Assembly: GCA_044220955.1 (NCBI GenBank)
Contig: JBGAQA010000063.1
Coordinates: forward strand, 1-38,703
Origin: Sandaracinaceae bacterium
Lineage (GTDB): Bacteria; Myxococcota_A; Polyangia; Polyangiales; Sandaracinaceae
DNA: 38,703 nucleotides
Direction of reading: 5' to 3'
The notes beneath the pieces are model-generated. The model did no database searches. It was not told the origin of the DNA and saw only the letters and a list, made by a program, of their open reading frames with translations. The position numbers and the translations under genes are program-made. Each line of letters opens with the position of its first letter. Position 1 is the first letter of the stretch. Below, in pieces: positions 26,073 to 36,457 of the stretch.

Positions 26073-28892
26073 ATGCGTAGACGGCAGCTTCTCTCGGCGT
26101 TCCTCGTCCTCGGCTCGTTCGCGACCGCGTGTGGTGGTGGCGGCACGCCGCCGGCGCCCGACGCGGGGATGGACGCGCCCGCCGCCGCGACGCGCGTGAG
26201 CGAGCTGCCGACGGGCGAGGAGCTCGCGCTGCCGGGGCTCGAGGGCGCGGTCGAGGTCGTCTACGACGATCGCGGCATCCCCCACATCTACGGCACGACG
26301 GCGCACGACGTGCTCATGGTCGAGGGCTATCTCATGTCGCGCGATCGGTTCGCGCAGATGGAGATGATCCGGCGAAGCGTCATCGGGCGCCTCGCCGAGG
26401 TCCTCGGCGCCGCGGACACGAGCGTCCTCGGCCGCGACCAGGACGCGCTCGCGACGGGCTACCGCCGCTGGGGCGAGATGATCTGGGCGCGCCTGATGAC
26501 GAGCACCGACCCGCTCGACATCCGGTCGCGCGAGCTGACGCAGGCCTTCGTCGACGGCATCAACGTCTACATCGACCGAGCGATCGCGAACCCGGCCACG
26601 GAGAACCCTGCCCCGGACGCCGCCGCGACGTTCAACATCGTGCTGCTCTCGCCCGCGTTCGGGCACTGGCGGCCCGAGGACATCCTCGCGATGGCCCGCT
26701 ACGAGTCGGTGGCACTGAGCTACGACGCGAACGACGACATCCACCGCACCCAGGCTCTCGCGGGCGTGCGCACCGCGTTCGGCGGCGCGAGCGATCCCCG
26801 GCGCGGCATCTACGCCGACCTCTTCTCGTCCTATCCGGCCCGTCCGGACACCGTCCGGGACGGCTTCCCGAACGATCCGACCGACACGGGGATGCGCGCG
26901 CTCCTGCCGCCCGACCTCGGCGCCCACGCGGGCGTCCCGATGCAGCTGCCGGCGCGCGCACAGCTCGACGCGGCCGAGGCCTTCTTCGATCGGATGGAGG
27001 ATCAGGTGTCCGGCCTCGGCCTCGGTGACGAGCGCTGGGGCTCGAACAACTGGATCGTGAGCGGCTCGCTCACGGCCAGCGGCCATCCGCTGCTCGCCAA
27101 CGATCCGCACCTGCCGCTCATGAGCCCGCCCATCTGGTGGTACGTGCACCTCAACACTGCGCTCATGCATGGCGAGGACGACCTCGACGTCGAGGGCGTC
27201 GCGTTCGCGGGTCTGCCGGGCGTCGTCCTGGGCTTCAACCGCAACATCGCCTGGGGCGCCACCGTGACGGGCTACGACGTCACCGACGTCTACATCGAGA
27301 CCATCACGGCCGGCACCGGCGGCGCCCCCGACACGGTCGCATTCGACCCCGGAACCGGCACGACGCAGGTGCCCATCACGACCGTCGTCGAGATGGTCCC
27401 GAGCGCCGCCGGGGCTGCCGTGCCGACGACCATCGAGCTCGTGCCGCACCACGGCCTGATCGTCCCCGGCACGCGAATGCCCGTGACCGGCTCGCCCGGG
27501 CAGTTCACCGCGCTCTCGGTCCGCTACACGGGCTCGGACTTCTCGAACGAGCTGGCGTACTTCTTCGGCCTCGCCACCGCGGCGAACGTCGCCGATGCGC
27601 AGGCGGCGCAGCAGCACTTCGAGGTCGGCTCGCAGAACTTCGTCGTCATCGACGAGCACGACATCCGCTGGTCGACCCAGTCGCGCATTCCGGTGCGCGA
27701 TCCGCGCGCGCTGACCTTCGCCTACGACGCGAGCGGCGTCCCCACGGGCTATTGTCCGCAGTTCACGCTGCCAGGCACGGGCGAGTACGAGTGGACCGGC
27801 GACCTCGACGGCCGCTACATCCCCTTCGATCAGAACCCGACGCGGGGCTGGGTCGGCACGGCGAACGGCGACGCGGTCGGGACGACGCTCGACGGCAACC
27901 CCTGCAACGACGCGCACTACCTCGGCTCGGACGACCTCGGCTGGCGCGTGCACCGGATCCACGAGCAGCTCGGGATGCTCGCGACCCGCGGCCACATCAC
28001 CACCGACGACATGATGACGCTCCAGGCCGCCACGCGGAGCTCCGCCGGCGAGACGATCCGTGATCCGCTGGTCGCGATCCTCGCGGACGCTCACGGGGCG
28101 ATCCCCTCGCTCACGGCGGCCGAGCTCGCGCGGCTCGACGACGTGCGCATGCGCCTGAGCGCCTGGTCGCTCGAGACGCCGCACGGGGTCGGCGCCACCG
28201 ACGCGAGCGTCATCGCCGACAGCGTGGCCACGACGATCTTCAACGTCTCGCTCACCCGCATCCTCCCGCTCGCGCTCGGCGACGAGATCGCGGCGATGGG
28301 CCGCGGCCCGAGCACCCAGCAGGCGATGCGCTTCCTCGAGTGGGGCTTCGGCGATCCCACGCGCCTGGTGACGGGCGAGGCGCTCTGGGACGACGTGACC
28401 ACGACGACGGTGACCGAGACGCGCGACCAGATCGCGATCCGCGGCGTGCTCGCGGCGCTCGACTACCTCGACACGCGGCTGGGCGCGGACGAGAGCCAGT
28501 GGCGCTGGGGGCGACTGCACACCGTGACCTTCGACGCCGGGGAGGTGGGCCTGCCGGACGCGATCTCGATCCCGCCGCCCGACGATGCGACGTTCCCCGG
28601 AGGCTTCCCACGGCACGGTGACTATGGCGCGGTGGACGTGGGCAACTTCGGCCTCTTCGGCACGACCGACTTCTCGCACGGCTCCGGCGCCTCGCAGCGG
28701 CTCGTGGTCGAGATGACGCCCGACGGGCCGATCGCGTTCAACGCCCTGCCGGGCGGCCAAGCGCTCGACCCCGAGAGCGCGCACCACCGCGACGAGGCCG
28801 CGCGCTGGATCGTGAACGAGGCCCCGCCGGTCGCGTTCGACGAGCCCGACGTGGTCGCCCACTTCGAGCGCCGGCTCGACGTGCACCCCTGA
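26073..28892 (+). CDS. Penicillin acylase / AHL acylase family (S45 Ntn hydrolase) lipoprotein
   Basis: DDRGIPHIY, DRFAQME, GSNNWIV nucleophile, LANDPHL, GFNRNIAWG, WRWGRLH, LPGGQ; lipobox ATAC. Confidence 0.93.
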   Translation: MRRRQLLSAFLVLGSFATACGGGGTPPAPDAGMDAPAAATRVSELPTGEELALPGLEGAVEVVYDDRGIPHIYGTTAHDVLMVEGYLMSRDRFAQMEMIRRSVIGRLAEVLGAADTSVLGRDQDALATGYRRWGEMIWARLMTSTDPLDIRSRELTQAFVDGINVYIDRAIANPATENPAPDAAATFNIVLLSPAFGHWRPEDILAMARYESVALSYDANDDIHRTQALAGVRTAFGGASDPRRGIYADLFSSYPARPDTVRDGFPNDPTDTGMRALLPPDLGAHAGVPMQLPARAQLDAAEAFFDRMEDQVSGLGLGDERWGSNNWIVSGSLTASGHPLLANDPHLPLMSPPIWWYVHLNTALMHGEDDLDVEGVAFAGLPGVVLGFNRNIAWGATVTGYDVTDVYIETITAGTGGAPDTVAFDPGTGTTQVPITTVVEMVPSAAGAAVPTTIELVPHHGLIVPGTRMPVTGSPGQFTALSVRYTGSDFSNELAYFFGLATAANVADAQAAQQHFEVGSQNFVVIDEHDIRWSTQSRIPVRDPRALTFAYDASGVPTGYCPQFTLPGTGEYEWTGDLDGRYIPFDQNPTRGWVGTANGDAVGTTLDGNPCNDAHYLGSDDLGWRVHRIHEQLGMLATRGHITTDDMMTLQAATRSSAGETIRDPLVAILADAHGAIPSLTAAELARLDDVRMRLSAWSLETPHGVGATDASVIADSVATTIFNVSLTRILPLALGDEIAAMGRGPSTQQAMRFLEWGFGDPTRLVTGEALWDDVTTTTVTETRDQIAIRGVLAALDYLDTRLGADESQWRWGRLHTVTFDAGEVGLPDAISIPPPDDATFPGGFPRHGDYGAVDVGNFGLFGTTDFSHGSGASQRLVVEMTPDGPIAFNALPGGQALDPESAHHRDEAARWIVNEAPPVAFDEPDVVAHFERRLDVHP

Positions 28893-28932
28893 GCTCGCGG
28901 GGCCCCCAGGACGCGTCGGGGTCTCGCGCGCG

Positions 28933-30858
28933 TCAGCGCTGCGCGGACGGCGGGGCCGCGTCCACCCGCGCGGCGACGATGTGGTCGAGGACCTCCTCGA
29001 GGGCCGGCAGGGCGAAGGGCTTCTCGATGCGCCGGTTCGGCGGGACGTGCTCGAGGAACTGCACGACGCTCGGAAGGAACGCTCCGCCCGTCATGAACAC
29101 GAAGCGCTCGGCGAGCTCCGGGGCGCCCGCGAGGGCGCTCTCGTGGACGTCGATGCCGGTGCCGTCGGGCATGAGCATGTCGCAGAGCACCGCGTCGAAG
29201 GTCGCGCCCGTCGTGGCGATCGCGGCGCGCGCGTCGCTCACCGAGGCGGCGTGGGTCACCTCGTAGCGCTCCACCAGCGCCCTGGCGAGCGTGCGCGCGA
29301 GCGACACCTGATCTTCGACGATGAGCACCCGCGGGCGGCGCGCCCACGCGACCGCGGGTGCGCGCGAGCCGGCGGCGGGCGGTACGAGGCTCGAGCGCTG
29401 GGCGCGGGGCAGCCGTACCCGGACCGTCGTGCCGAGGCCTTCGTCGCTCTCGAGGGTGATGCTCCCGCCCGCCGCGGTCACGATCCCGTGGCAGATCGAG
29501 AGGCCGAGCCCCGTCCCGACGCCGACGGGCTTGGTCGTGAAGAAGGGATCGAACGCGCGACCGATGTGAGCGCGCGCGAGGCCGATTCCGTCGTCCGTGA
29601 TCGTGACGAGCGCGGACGAGGCGTCCGCCGATGCGCTGATCGTGACACGCCCGGGCCTTCCCTCGGGGAGCGCCTGCACCGCGTTCATCAGCAGGTTCAC
29701 GAACACCTGTTCGAGCTTGCGCGCCGCTCCGACGACCGCCGGCAGGCGCTGGACGTCGCGCACCAGCGTCGCGCGCGGGGTGATCTCGTGCTCGACCATG
29801 CGGATGGCGCTCGCGAGCACCTGCTCGAGGTCGGCGGGCCCGCGGTCGGGATCGCCGTCGCGGCTGAAGGCCTTCAGGTCGCTCACGATCGCGGCGACGC
29901 GTGAGGTTCCGCGGGAGATGTTGTCGAGCAGGGGCGCGAGCTCCTCGCGCGCCGCGGGGGCGATGGGCATCGCGGCGAGCCGGCGCTCCAGCGCCTCGGC
30001 GCTCAGCGACACGAACGCGAGCGGGTTGTTGATCTCGTGCGCCATGCCGGCGGACAGGCGTCCGAGCGCGGCGAGCCGCTCGGTCCGCTCGAGGTTCGCC
30101 TGCAGCGCCTCGCGCTCGGTCACGTCGCGGGCGATGGCGAGCACCGCGGGCTCCCCATCGTGCTCGGTGGTGATGGACGCGATCTCGGCGAGGACCTCGC
30201 GGCCGTCCGGCCGGGTGGCGCGGTAGATGGCCGGGTTCAGCGCCTCACCGGCGCCGAGCGCGAGCAGGCGCGCGCGCATCCGCTCGAGCTCGCTGGCCGG
30301 GAGGAACTCCTCTAGCGAGTGTCCGACCAGCGATCCCGCGACGCCGAGCATCGTCTCGGCTGCCCGGTTGGCGAACTTGATCTCGAGGCGCTGCGAGATC
30401 ACGACGCCGTCGGGCGCCGCCTGCAAGAGGTCGCGGAAGCGCCGCTCCGAGGCGGAGAGCTTGGCGGCCGCGGCGTGCCGGTCGCGCACGTCGGTCAGCA
30501 TGACGATCTGGACGGGGCGCCCGCCCGACTCGCCCCGCGCCACGCCCACCGCCACCGGGATGCGAGCGCCGGCCAGCGTCACGATCGAGCCCTCGAGCGA
30601 GGCCGGCGCGCTGGGATGAGCGCTCCGGTGCGCGAACGCGTCCGCGATCCGCGCCCGATCCTCGGGGGCGATGCACTCGAAGGTGGGTCGGAGCAGGAGC
30701 GCGTCGGCGGGCTCGCCGACCCAGCGCGCGACGACGTCGTTCACGAAGAGCAGGCGCGGAGGCTCCTCCATCGCGAGCAGGAGCACGCCGATCCCGGCGG
30801 CCTCGGCGGCGTTCATCGTCAGCGCTGCGATGGCGTCGAGGCGAAGCGGCCCGGGCAT
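28933..30858 (-). CDS. Cytoplasmic hybrid histidine kinase (2 PAS, HisKA, HATPase, receiver)
   Basis: MAHEINNPL, QVFVNLLMNA, DDGIG, FFTTK..G.GTGLGL, VLIVED...CDMLMPD...FMTGG...KPF. Confidence 0.92.
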   Translation of the reverse strand: MPGPLRLDAIAALTMNAAEAAGIGVLLLAMEEPPRLLFVNDVVARWVGEPADALLLRPTFECIAPEDRARIADAFAHRSAHPSAPASLEGSIVTLAGARIPVAVGVARGESGGRPVQIVMLTDVRDRHAAAAKLSASERRFRDLLQAAPDGVVISQRLEIKFANRAAETMLGVAGSLVGHSLEEFLPASELERMRARLLALGAGEALNPAIYRATRPDGREVLAEIASITTEHDGEPAVLAIARDVTEREALQANLERTERLAALGRLSAGMAHEINNPLAFVSLSAEALERRLAAMPIAPAAREELAPLLDNISRGTSRVAAIVSDLKAFSRDGDPDRGPADLEQVLASAIRMVEHEITPRATLVRDVQRLPAVVGAARKLEQVFVNLLMNAVQALPEGRPGRVTISASADASSALVTITDDGIGLARAHIGRAFDPFFTTKPVGVGTGLGLSICHGIVTAAGGSITLESDEGLGTTVRVRLPRAQRSSLVPPAAGSRAPAVAWARRPRVLIVEDQVSLARTLARALVERYEVTHAASVSDARAAIATTGATFDAVLCDMLMPDGTGIDVHESALAGAPELAERFVFMTGGAFLPSVVQFLEHVPPNRRIEKPFALPALEEVLDHIVAARVDAAPPSAQR

Positions 30859-30875
30859 CGGCCCATCATACCCCT

Positions 30876-31565
30876 TCAGTCGGTCTTCACACGGTAGCCG
30901 ACCCCTCGGACGGTCTCGATGTAGTCGCGCGCGGACCCGAGCTTCTCGCGCAGCCGCTTGACGTGCGTGTCCACCGTGCGCGTCTCGACACCCGGCGCGT
31001 AGCCCCAGACGCGCTCGAGGAGCGAGTCGCGGGTCTGGACGCGGCCCGAGCGGGAGACGAGGTCGTAGAGCAGCTTGAATTCCAGCGCCGTCAGGGGAAC
31101 CTCCTCCTCGTCGACGGTCACGCGGTGCTGGGGCACGTCGACCTCGAGCGTGCCGATGCGGAAGCGCTCCCCGGGCGAGGGCTTCTCGGGTGCCGCCGTA
31201 CGCCGCAGCACCGCGCCGATCCGCAGCACCAGCTCCCGCGGGCTGAAGGGCTTGACGATGTAGTCGTCGGCGCCGATCTCGAATCCGACCACGCGGTCGA
31301 TCTCCTCGCCCCGCGCGGTGATCATGATCACCGGGATCGTCTGCGTGCTCGGGTCGCGGCGCAGGCGCCGGCAGATCTCGGTCCCGGCGATGTCGGGGAG
31401 CATCAGGTCGAGCAGGATGATGTCCGGGCGCTGCCGGCGGATCTCGGCCAGGGCCGAGGCCCCGTCCCGCGCCGCCACCACCGTGTACCCCGCCTGCCGC
31501 AGGTTGTACTCGAGCAGCTCGACGATGTCGGCCTCGTCGTCGACGAGCAGGATCCTCTCTCGCAT
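30876..31565 (-). CDS. OmpR/PhoB-family response regulator
   Basis: ILLVDDE, LLDLMLP, MITAR, GADDYIVKPFS, RTVDTHVKRLREKL, ETVRGVGY. Confidence 0.93.
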   Translation of the reverse strand: MRERILLVDDEADIVELLEYNLRQAGYTVVAARDGASALAEIRRQRPDIILLDLMLPDIAGTEICRRLRRDPSTQTIPVIMITARGEEIDRVVGFEIGADDYIVKPFSPRELVLRIGAVLRRTAAPEKPSPGERFRIGTLEVDVPQHRVTVDEEEVPLTALEFKLLYDLVSRSGRVQTRDSLLERVWGYAPGVETRTVDTHVKRLREKLGSARDYIETVRGVGYRVKTD

Positions 31566-31695
31566 GTTGTCGGAGGCTGCCGTCATCGGGTGTCGGTTGT
31601 GTGAACCGCGTGTGTCGGGCCGGCAAGCCCGTGACATGTGCGAGCGCGCGCTTGCCTTTGCGGCCGCGGCGGACTGGGGGCATAACGCGGCCCCC

Positions 31696-32799
31696 ATGGC
31701 ACTTTCCGTCGGAATCGTGGGCCTGCCGAACGTCGGCAAGTCCACGCTCTTCAACGCCCTCTCGAGCAAGCAGGCCGAGGCGGCCAATTACGCGTTCTGC
31801 ACCATCGAGCCGAACGTCGGGGTCGTCCCCGTGCCGGACCCGCGCTTCGACGCGCTCGTGAAGATCGTCGGGCCCGACAAGACGGTGCCCGCCACGGTCG
31901 ACTTCGTCGACATCGCGGGCCTGGTGAAGGGCGCCAGCAAGGGCGAGGGCAAGGGCAACGCGTTCCTCGCGAACATCCGGGAGTGCGACGCCATCGCGCA
32001 CGTCGTGCGCTGCTTCGAGGACGAGAACGTCCTGCACGTCGAGAACCGCGTCGACCCGATCGCCGACATCGAGACGATCGAGACCGAGCTGGTGCTCAAG
32101 GACCTCGAGACGGTGCAGAAGCGCCTCGATCGCGGCCGGCGCGCCGCCAAGGGCAACAGCGCGCTCGAGAAGAAGGCCGTCGAGATCTGCGAGAAGCTCG
32201 AGAAGCACCTCGACCAGGGAAAGCTCGCGGCCGGGGTCGTCGTCGAGGACGAGGATCAGAAGCAGATCGTCCGCGAGCTCTGCCTCATCACGGCCAAGCC
32301 GATGTTCTACGTCTGCAACGTGAAGGAGGATCAGCTCGGCAAGGCCGAGAGCGACCCGCTGGTCGCGAAGGTGCGCGCCCGCGCGGCCCAGAGCGGCGCG
32401 CCCGTGGTGGTCATCTGCGCGAAGATCGAGGCGGAGATCATGCAGCTGCCGCCCGCCGACCGCGCGGACTTCCTGGCGTCGGCTGGCCTCTCGGAGCCGG
32501 GCCTGAACGAGGTCATCCGCACGGGGTACGCGCTGCTCGACCTCATCACGTACTTCACGGCCGGCAAGCAGGAGGTCCGCGCGTGGACCATCAAGCGCGG
32601 GACGCGCGCGCCGCAGGCCGCGGGCAAGATCCACTCGGACTTCGAGCGCGGCTTCATCAAGGCCGAGGTCATCTGGTGGGAGGACCGGGTGACGATGGGC
32701 AGCGAGGCCGCGGTTCGCGCCGCGGGCAAGCTCGGGATCGAGGGCAAGGAGTACGTCGTCCGCGACGGCGACGTGATGCACTTCCGCTTCGCGACCTGA
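31696..32799 (+). CDS. ychF: Ribosome-binding ATPase YchF
   Basis: GIVGLPNVGKST, FCTIEPN, DIAGLVKGA, AGKIHSDFERGFI, EGKEYVVRDGD. Confidence 0.97.
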   Translation: MALSVGIVGLPNVGKSTLFNALSSKQAEAANYAFCTIEPNVGVVPVPDPRFDALVKIVGPDKTVPATVDFVDIAGLVKGASKGEGKGNAFLANIRECDAIAHVVRCFEDENVLHVENRVDPIADIETIETELVLKDLETVQKRLDRGRRAAKGNSALEKKAVEICEKLEKHLDQGKLAAGVVVEDEDQKQIVRELCLITAKPMFYVCNVKEDQLGKAESDPLVAKVRARAAQSGAPVVVICAKIEAEIMQLPPADRADFLASAGLSEPGLNEVIRTGYALLDLITYFTAGKQEVRAWTIKRGTRAPQAAGKIHSDFERGFIKAEVIWWEDRVTMGSEAAVRAAGKLGIEGKEYVVRDGDVMHFRFAT

Positions 32800-32815
32800 G
32801 CACGAGATCCGGGGG

Positions 32816-34279
32816 ATGATCGCGACGCTTCGACGCTGGCTCGACAACCCGCGGGCGCTCGTGCTCCTGCTCGCGGGCGCGCTGGTGATCGCGGCGCTCT
32901 CGCTCTACGTGGCGGTCCGCGAGCGACGCCACGAGATCCGGCTGGCGGCGGGCGACCCCCGCGGGCGGCGCGCCGAGATCGCGCGGGCCCTGGCGGACGA
33001 GGCGTCGCGGCACGGCCTCGACGTGGTCATCGTGGACACGACCGGCTCGGAGGACTCGATCGCGCGCGTGGAGCGTCGCGAGGTGGACGCCGCGCTCGTG
33101 CAGGGGGGACTCGACGGCAACGAAGACGTCCGCGAGATCGCGCCCCTGGTCCTCGAGCCGCTGCACGTGATGGTGCGAGAGAGCCTCGAGCTCTACGACC
33201 TCGAGGATCTGCGCGGGCGCCGCCTGATGCTCGCGCCCCCCGGCAGCGGCACCCGGGCGCTCGCGCTCGACCTGCTCGCGCTCGCGGGCATCGAGGAGCA
33301 CGACTTCACCGAGGTCAGGATGGGCTACGCGGAGCTCGAGGAGGTCGAGGAGACCGGCCTGCCGGACGCCGTCTTCCACGTCTCGACGATGCCCTCGCCC
33401 GTCGCCGAGGTGCTCCTGCGCGAGCGCGGGTACGAGCTGATGCCCCTGCCGTACGCGACCGCGATGGGGATCCGGAACGTGTTCGTCTCGCCGGGCGTGA
33501 TCCCGATGTACGCGTACGGAGCGCTCCCGCCGACGCCGCGCGCCGACGTGCCGACGCTCGCGACGCGCATGATCGCGATCGCCAACCGCGACACGTCGCG
33601 CGACGCGGTGCGGAGCCTGCTCGAGGCGATCGAGTCGGAGCGCTTCCTCCGGCACGCGCAGCTGCCTCGCCCCCCGGAGGCGCTCTTCGACCAGCCCGAG
33701 TTCCCGCTGCACCCGGGCACGGTCTCGTGGCAGCACCGCGACGATCCTCTCCTCACGAGCGAGGACGTGCAGGGCATCGAGAGCCTGCGCTCGTTCGCGG
33801 TGTCCTTGATCGTCGCGGGCGTCCTGCTCTGGCGCTGGCTGCGCTCGCGGCGCGTGCACGGCCTCGATCGCTACCTCGCGGAGGTCGCGCGCATCGATCG
33901 CGAGGCGCTCGGGATCGAGGAGTCGCCGACGCTGGACCTGCCGAAGATGATCGCCCTGCGCAGCCAGCTCGGGAAGGCGAAGAACGACGCCCTCTCGGCC
34001 TACCAGAAGGGCGAGGTCCACTCGGAGGAGCTGCTCTCGAGCTTCCTCGTGCACTGCGCCGACGTGCGGCAGCACCTCGACCGCCTCATCGTCAGCGAGC
34101 GCGAGAACCTCCAGAAGTCCGCGCGGCTCGCCGGCGAGGGTCAGGCCGCGGCGATGCGGACGCTCTGGGCCGAGGCGCTCAGCGACGCGCACGCCGACAA
34201 GGAGGTCGTGACGCCGCGCGCCTCGAGGGCGCCGGCGCGGGCGCCTGCGGCCGAGGACTCCGCGGGCGAGGACGAGTGA
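32816..34279 (+). CDS. TAXI-family TRAP solute-binding protein with extra TM and helical C-terminal domain
   Basis: TTGSEDS, DAALVQGG, LEPLHV, GSGT, FPLHPG motifs; N- and C-terminal TM segments. Confidence 0.8.
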   Translation: MIATLRRWLDNPRALVLLLAGALVIAALSLYVAVRERRHEIRLAAGDPRGRRAEIARALADEASRHGLDVVIVDTTGSEDSIARVERREVDAALVQGGLDGNEDVREIAPLVLEPLHVMVRESLELYDLEDLRGRRLMLAPPGSGTRALALDLLALAGIEEHDFTEVRMGYAELEEVEETGLPDAVFHVSTMPSPVAEVLLRERGYELMPLPYATAMGIRNVFVSPGVIPMYAYGALPPTPRADVPTLATRMIAIANRDTSRDAVRSLLEAIESERFLRHAQLPRPPEALFDQPEFPLHPGTVSWQHRDDPLLTSEDVQGIESLRSFAVSLIVAGVLLWRWLRSRRVHGLDRYLAEVARIDREALGIEESPTLDLPKMIALRSQLGKAKNDALSAYQKGEVHSEELLSSFLVHCADVRQHLDRLIVSERENLQKSARLAGEGQAAAMRTLWAEALSDAHADKEVVTPRASRAPARAPAAEDSAGEDE

Positions 34280-35265
34280 CGCTCGCGAAGTCGATCGCGG
34301 CGGCGATCGAGCGCCGGCGCGCGCTGCTCGCCACGCTCGCCGCCGAGCAGACGGACTGCGTGCGCCTGTTCCACGGCGCCGTGGAGGGGCATCCCGGCCT
34401 CGCGATCGATCGCTACGGCCCGGTGCTGCTCGCGCAGTCGTGGGGCACGCCGCTCGAGCCCGCGCTGCGCGAGACGATCGCCACGGTCGTCCGCGAGGCG
34501 CTCGCCCTCGACCTGGCGCCGGCGTTCGTCGAGCGGGGCCGCGGCGGCGCCCGTTTCGGCGACGATCCGCGCCTCGCGCACGCGATCGGGCACGAGCTCG
34601 GCCTCGCGTACGACGTACGCCCGTCGCACTCCGGGCAGGACCCGCTGCTCTTCCTCGATCTGCGCGCGCTGCGGCGGCTCGTGAATGCGTCGTCTCGCTC
34701 GCTCTCGGTCCTGAACCTCTTCGCGTACACGTGCGGGCTCGGCGTCGCCGCGGGCGCTGGCGGGGCGCGCGAGGTGCTGAACGTCGACTTCGCCGCCTCG
34801 GCGCTCGCCGTCGGCCGGGCCAACGCCGCGCGCAACGGGGTCCCGGACGCGGTCTTCCGCACGCTCGAGGAGAACGCGATCCCGATCCTGCGTCAGCTCG
34901 CCGGGCTGCCCGTGAAGGGCCGGGGCAACCGGCGCCCCTACCAGCGCGTCGCACCGCGCACGTTCGACCTCGTGCTCCTCGACCCGCCGCGCTGGGCCAA
35001 GACGCCCTTCGGCGCGATCGACGTCGAGCGCGACTACCCGAGCCTCTTGCGCCCCGCGATGCGCTGCGTCGCCCCCGGCGGCCGGCTCGCCGCGACCTGC
35101 CACGTCCCGTCGATGACGCGGGACGCGCTCGAGCACGTCCTCGGGCGCAGCGCCGAGAAAGAGGAGCGTGAGGTGCGCTCGATCGTCTGGGTCGCGCCCG
35201 AGGCCGACTTTCCCTCTCCCGACGAGCAGCCGCCGCTGAAGGTCGCGGTGCTGACGCTCGCGTGA
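34276..35265 (+). CDS. RlmI/RlmK-like class I SAM-dependent methyltransferase
   Basis: LAIDRYG, LFLDLR, VLNLFAYTCG, NVD, LVLLDPP motifs; GTGA overlap. Confidence 0.88.
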   Translation: MTLAKSIAAAIERRRALLATLAAEQTDCVRLFHGAVEGHPGLAIDRYGPVLLAQSWGTPLEPALRETIATVVREALALDLAPAFVERGRGGARFGDDPRLAHAIGHELGLAYDVRPSHSGQDPLLFLDLRALRRLVNASSRSLSVLNLFAYTCGLGVAAGAGGAREVLNVDFAASALAVGRANAARNGVPDAVFRTLEENAIPILRQLAGLPVKGRGNRRPYQRVAPRTFDLVLLDPPRWAKTPFGAIDVERDYPSLLRPAMRCVAPGGRLAATCHVPSMTRDALEHVLGRSAEKEEREVRSIVWVAPEADFPSPDEQPPLKVAVLTLA

Positions 35266-35993
35266 ACGTCGTCCTCTTGCGGCCGGACGAGCTCGATCCC
35301 GCCGGGCGCGGCCGGCTCGAGGGGGAGCGCGCGTCGCACGTGAGCGACGTGCTCGGGCTCGGCGTCGGCGGGCGGTTTCGCGTCGGCGTGCTCGACGGGC
35401 CGCTGGGCACGGCCGAGATCCTCGCCGTCGAGGCGGGCGCCGTGGTCATCGCCTGTGCGCTCGAGCCGGAGGTCCCGCCGCCTGCGCGCGTCGACCTCGT
35501 GCTCGCCCTGCCGCGCCCCAAGGTGCTGGCGCGCCTGCTCTCGCCAATCGCGCAGCTCGGGGTCGGGCGCCTGATCCTGACCGGGGCGTGGAAGGTCGAG
35601 CGCTTCTACTTCGACGCCCACGTGCTCCGCCCCGAGGAGCACCTGCCGAAGCTCGTCGAGGGCCTCGCCCAGGCGCGGGACACGCGCGTGCCGATCGTGA
35701 GCGTTCATCGCTCGATCGCGTTCCTGCTCGACCACGAGCTCGACGCGCTGACGGGCCCGGCGGCGCGCGTGGTGGTGGATCCCTCGGCGCCGAGGCCGAT
35801 CGAGGCCGTGATCGGGGGCCTCGCGCCGGCGCGCCTCGTCCTCTGCGTCGGTCCCGAGGGCGGCTTCACGGCCCGCGAGCTCTCTCACCTCGCCGAGCGC
35901 GGCTTCGCCTCGGCCGCGCTGGGCTCCCGGATCCTGCGCAGCGACGTGGCTGTGATCGCGGCGCTCGCGCGTGCTCACGCAGCGCTGCCGTGA
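35262..35993 (+). CDS. rsmE: 16S rRNA m3U1498 methyltransferase RsmE
   Basis: H...VL, LPRPK, GLAQARDTRVP, VGPEGGF, LGSRILRSDVA SPOUT motifs. Confidence 0.88.
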   Translation: MNVVLLRPDELDPAGRGRLEGERASHVSDVLGLGVGGRFRVGVLDGPLGTAEILAVEAGAVVIACALEPEVPPPARVDLVLALPRPKVLARLLSPIAQLGVGRLILTGAWKVERFYFDAHVLRPEEHLPKLVEGLAQARDTRVPIVSVHRSIAFLLDHELDALTGPAARVVVDPSAPRPIEAVIGGLAPARLVLCVGPEGGFTARELSHLAERGFASAALGSRILRSDVAVIAALARAHAALP

Positions 35994-36031
35994 GACTGGA
36001 TAACCCCCCGGAATCGTTGTCGACGACGCCG

Positions 36032-36061
36032 TTGACCCCCTCGCGAGGGTTCGGTTACGGT
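36032..36061 (+). promoter_or_regulatory. Possible sigma70-type promoter for the IHF gene
   Basis: TTGACC-N18-TACGGT, lying between inverted GATAACC (36000) and GGTTATC (36059). Confidence 0.35.
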
Positions 36062-36084
36062 TATCGCCGTCCACGGGGATGGCC

Positions 36085-36435
<351 letters not shown>

Positions 36436-36457
36436 CCTGCGTGCTAGACCGCGCGCG

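Noticed and set aside
30859..32847. N-terminal extension giving a 1304-aa histidine kinase
   Set aside because: It overlaps the response regulator and antisense ychF; the kinase plausibly starts at ATG 30858.
36436..36457. T-box or other leader before tyrS
   Set aside because: Only 22 nt of intergenic space; no room for such a structure.
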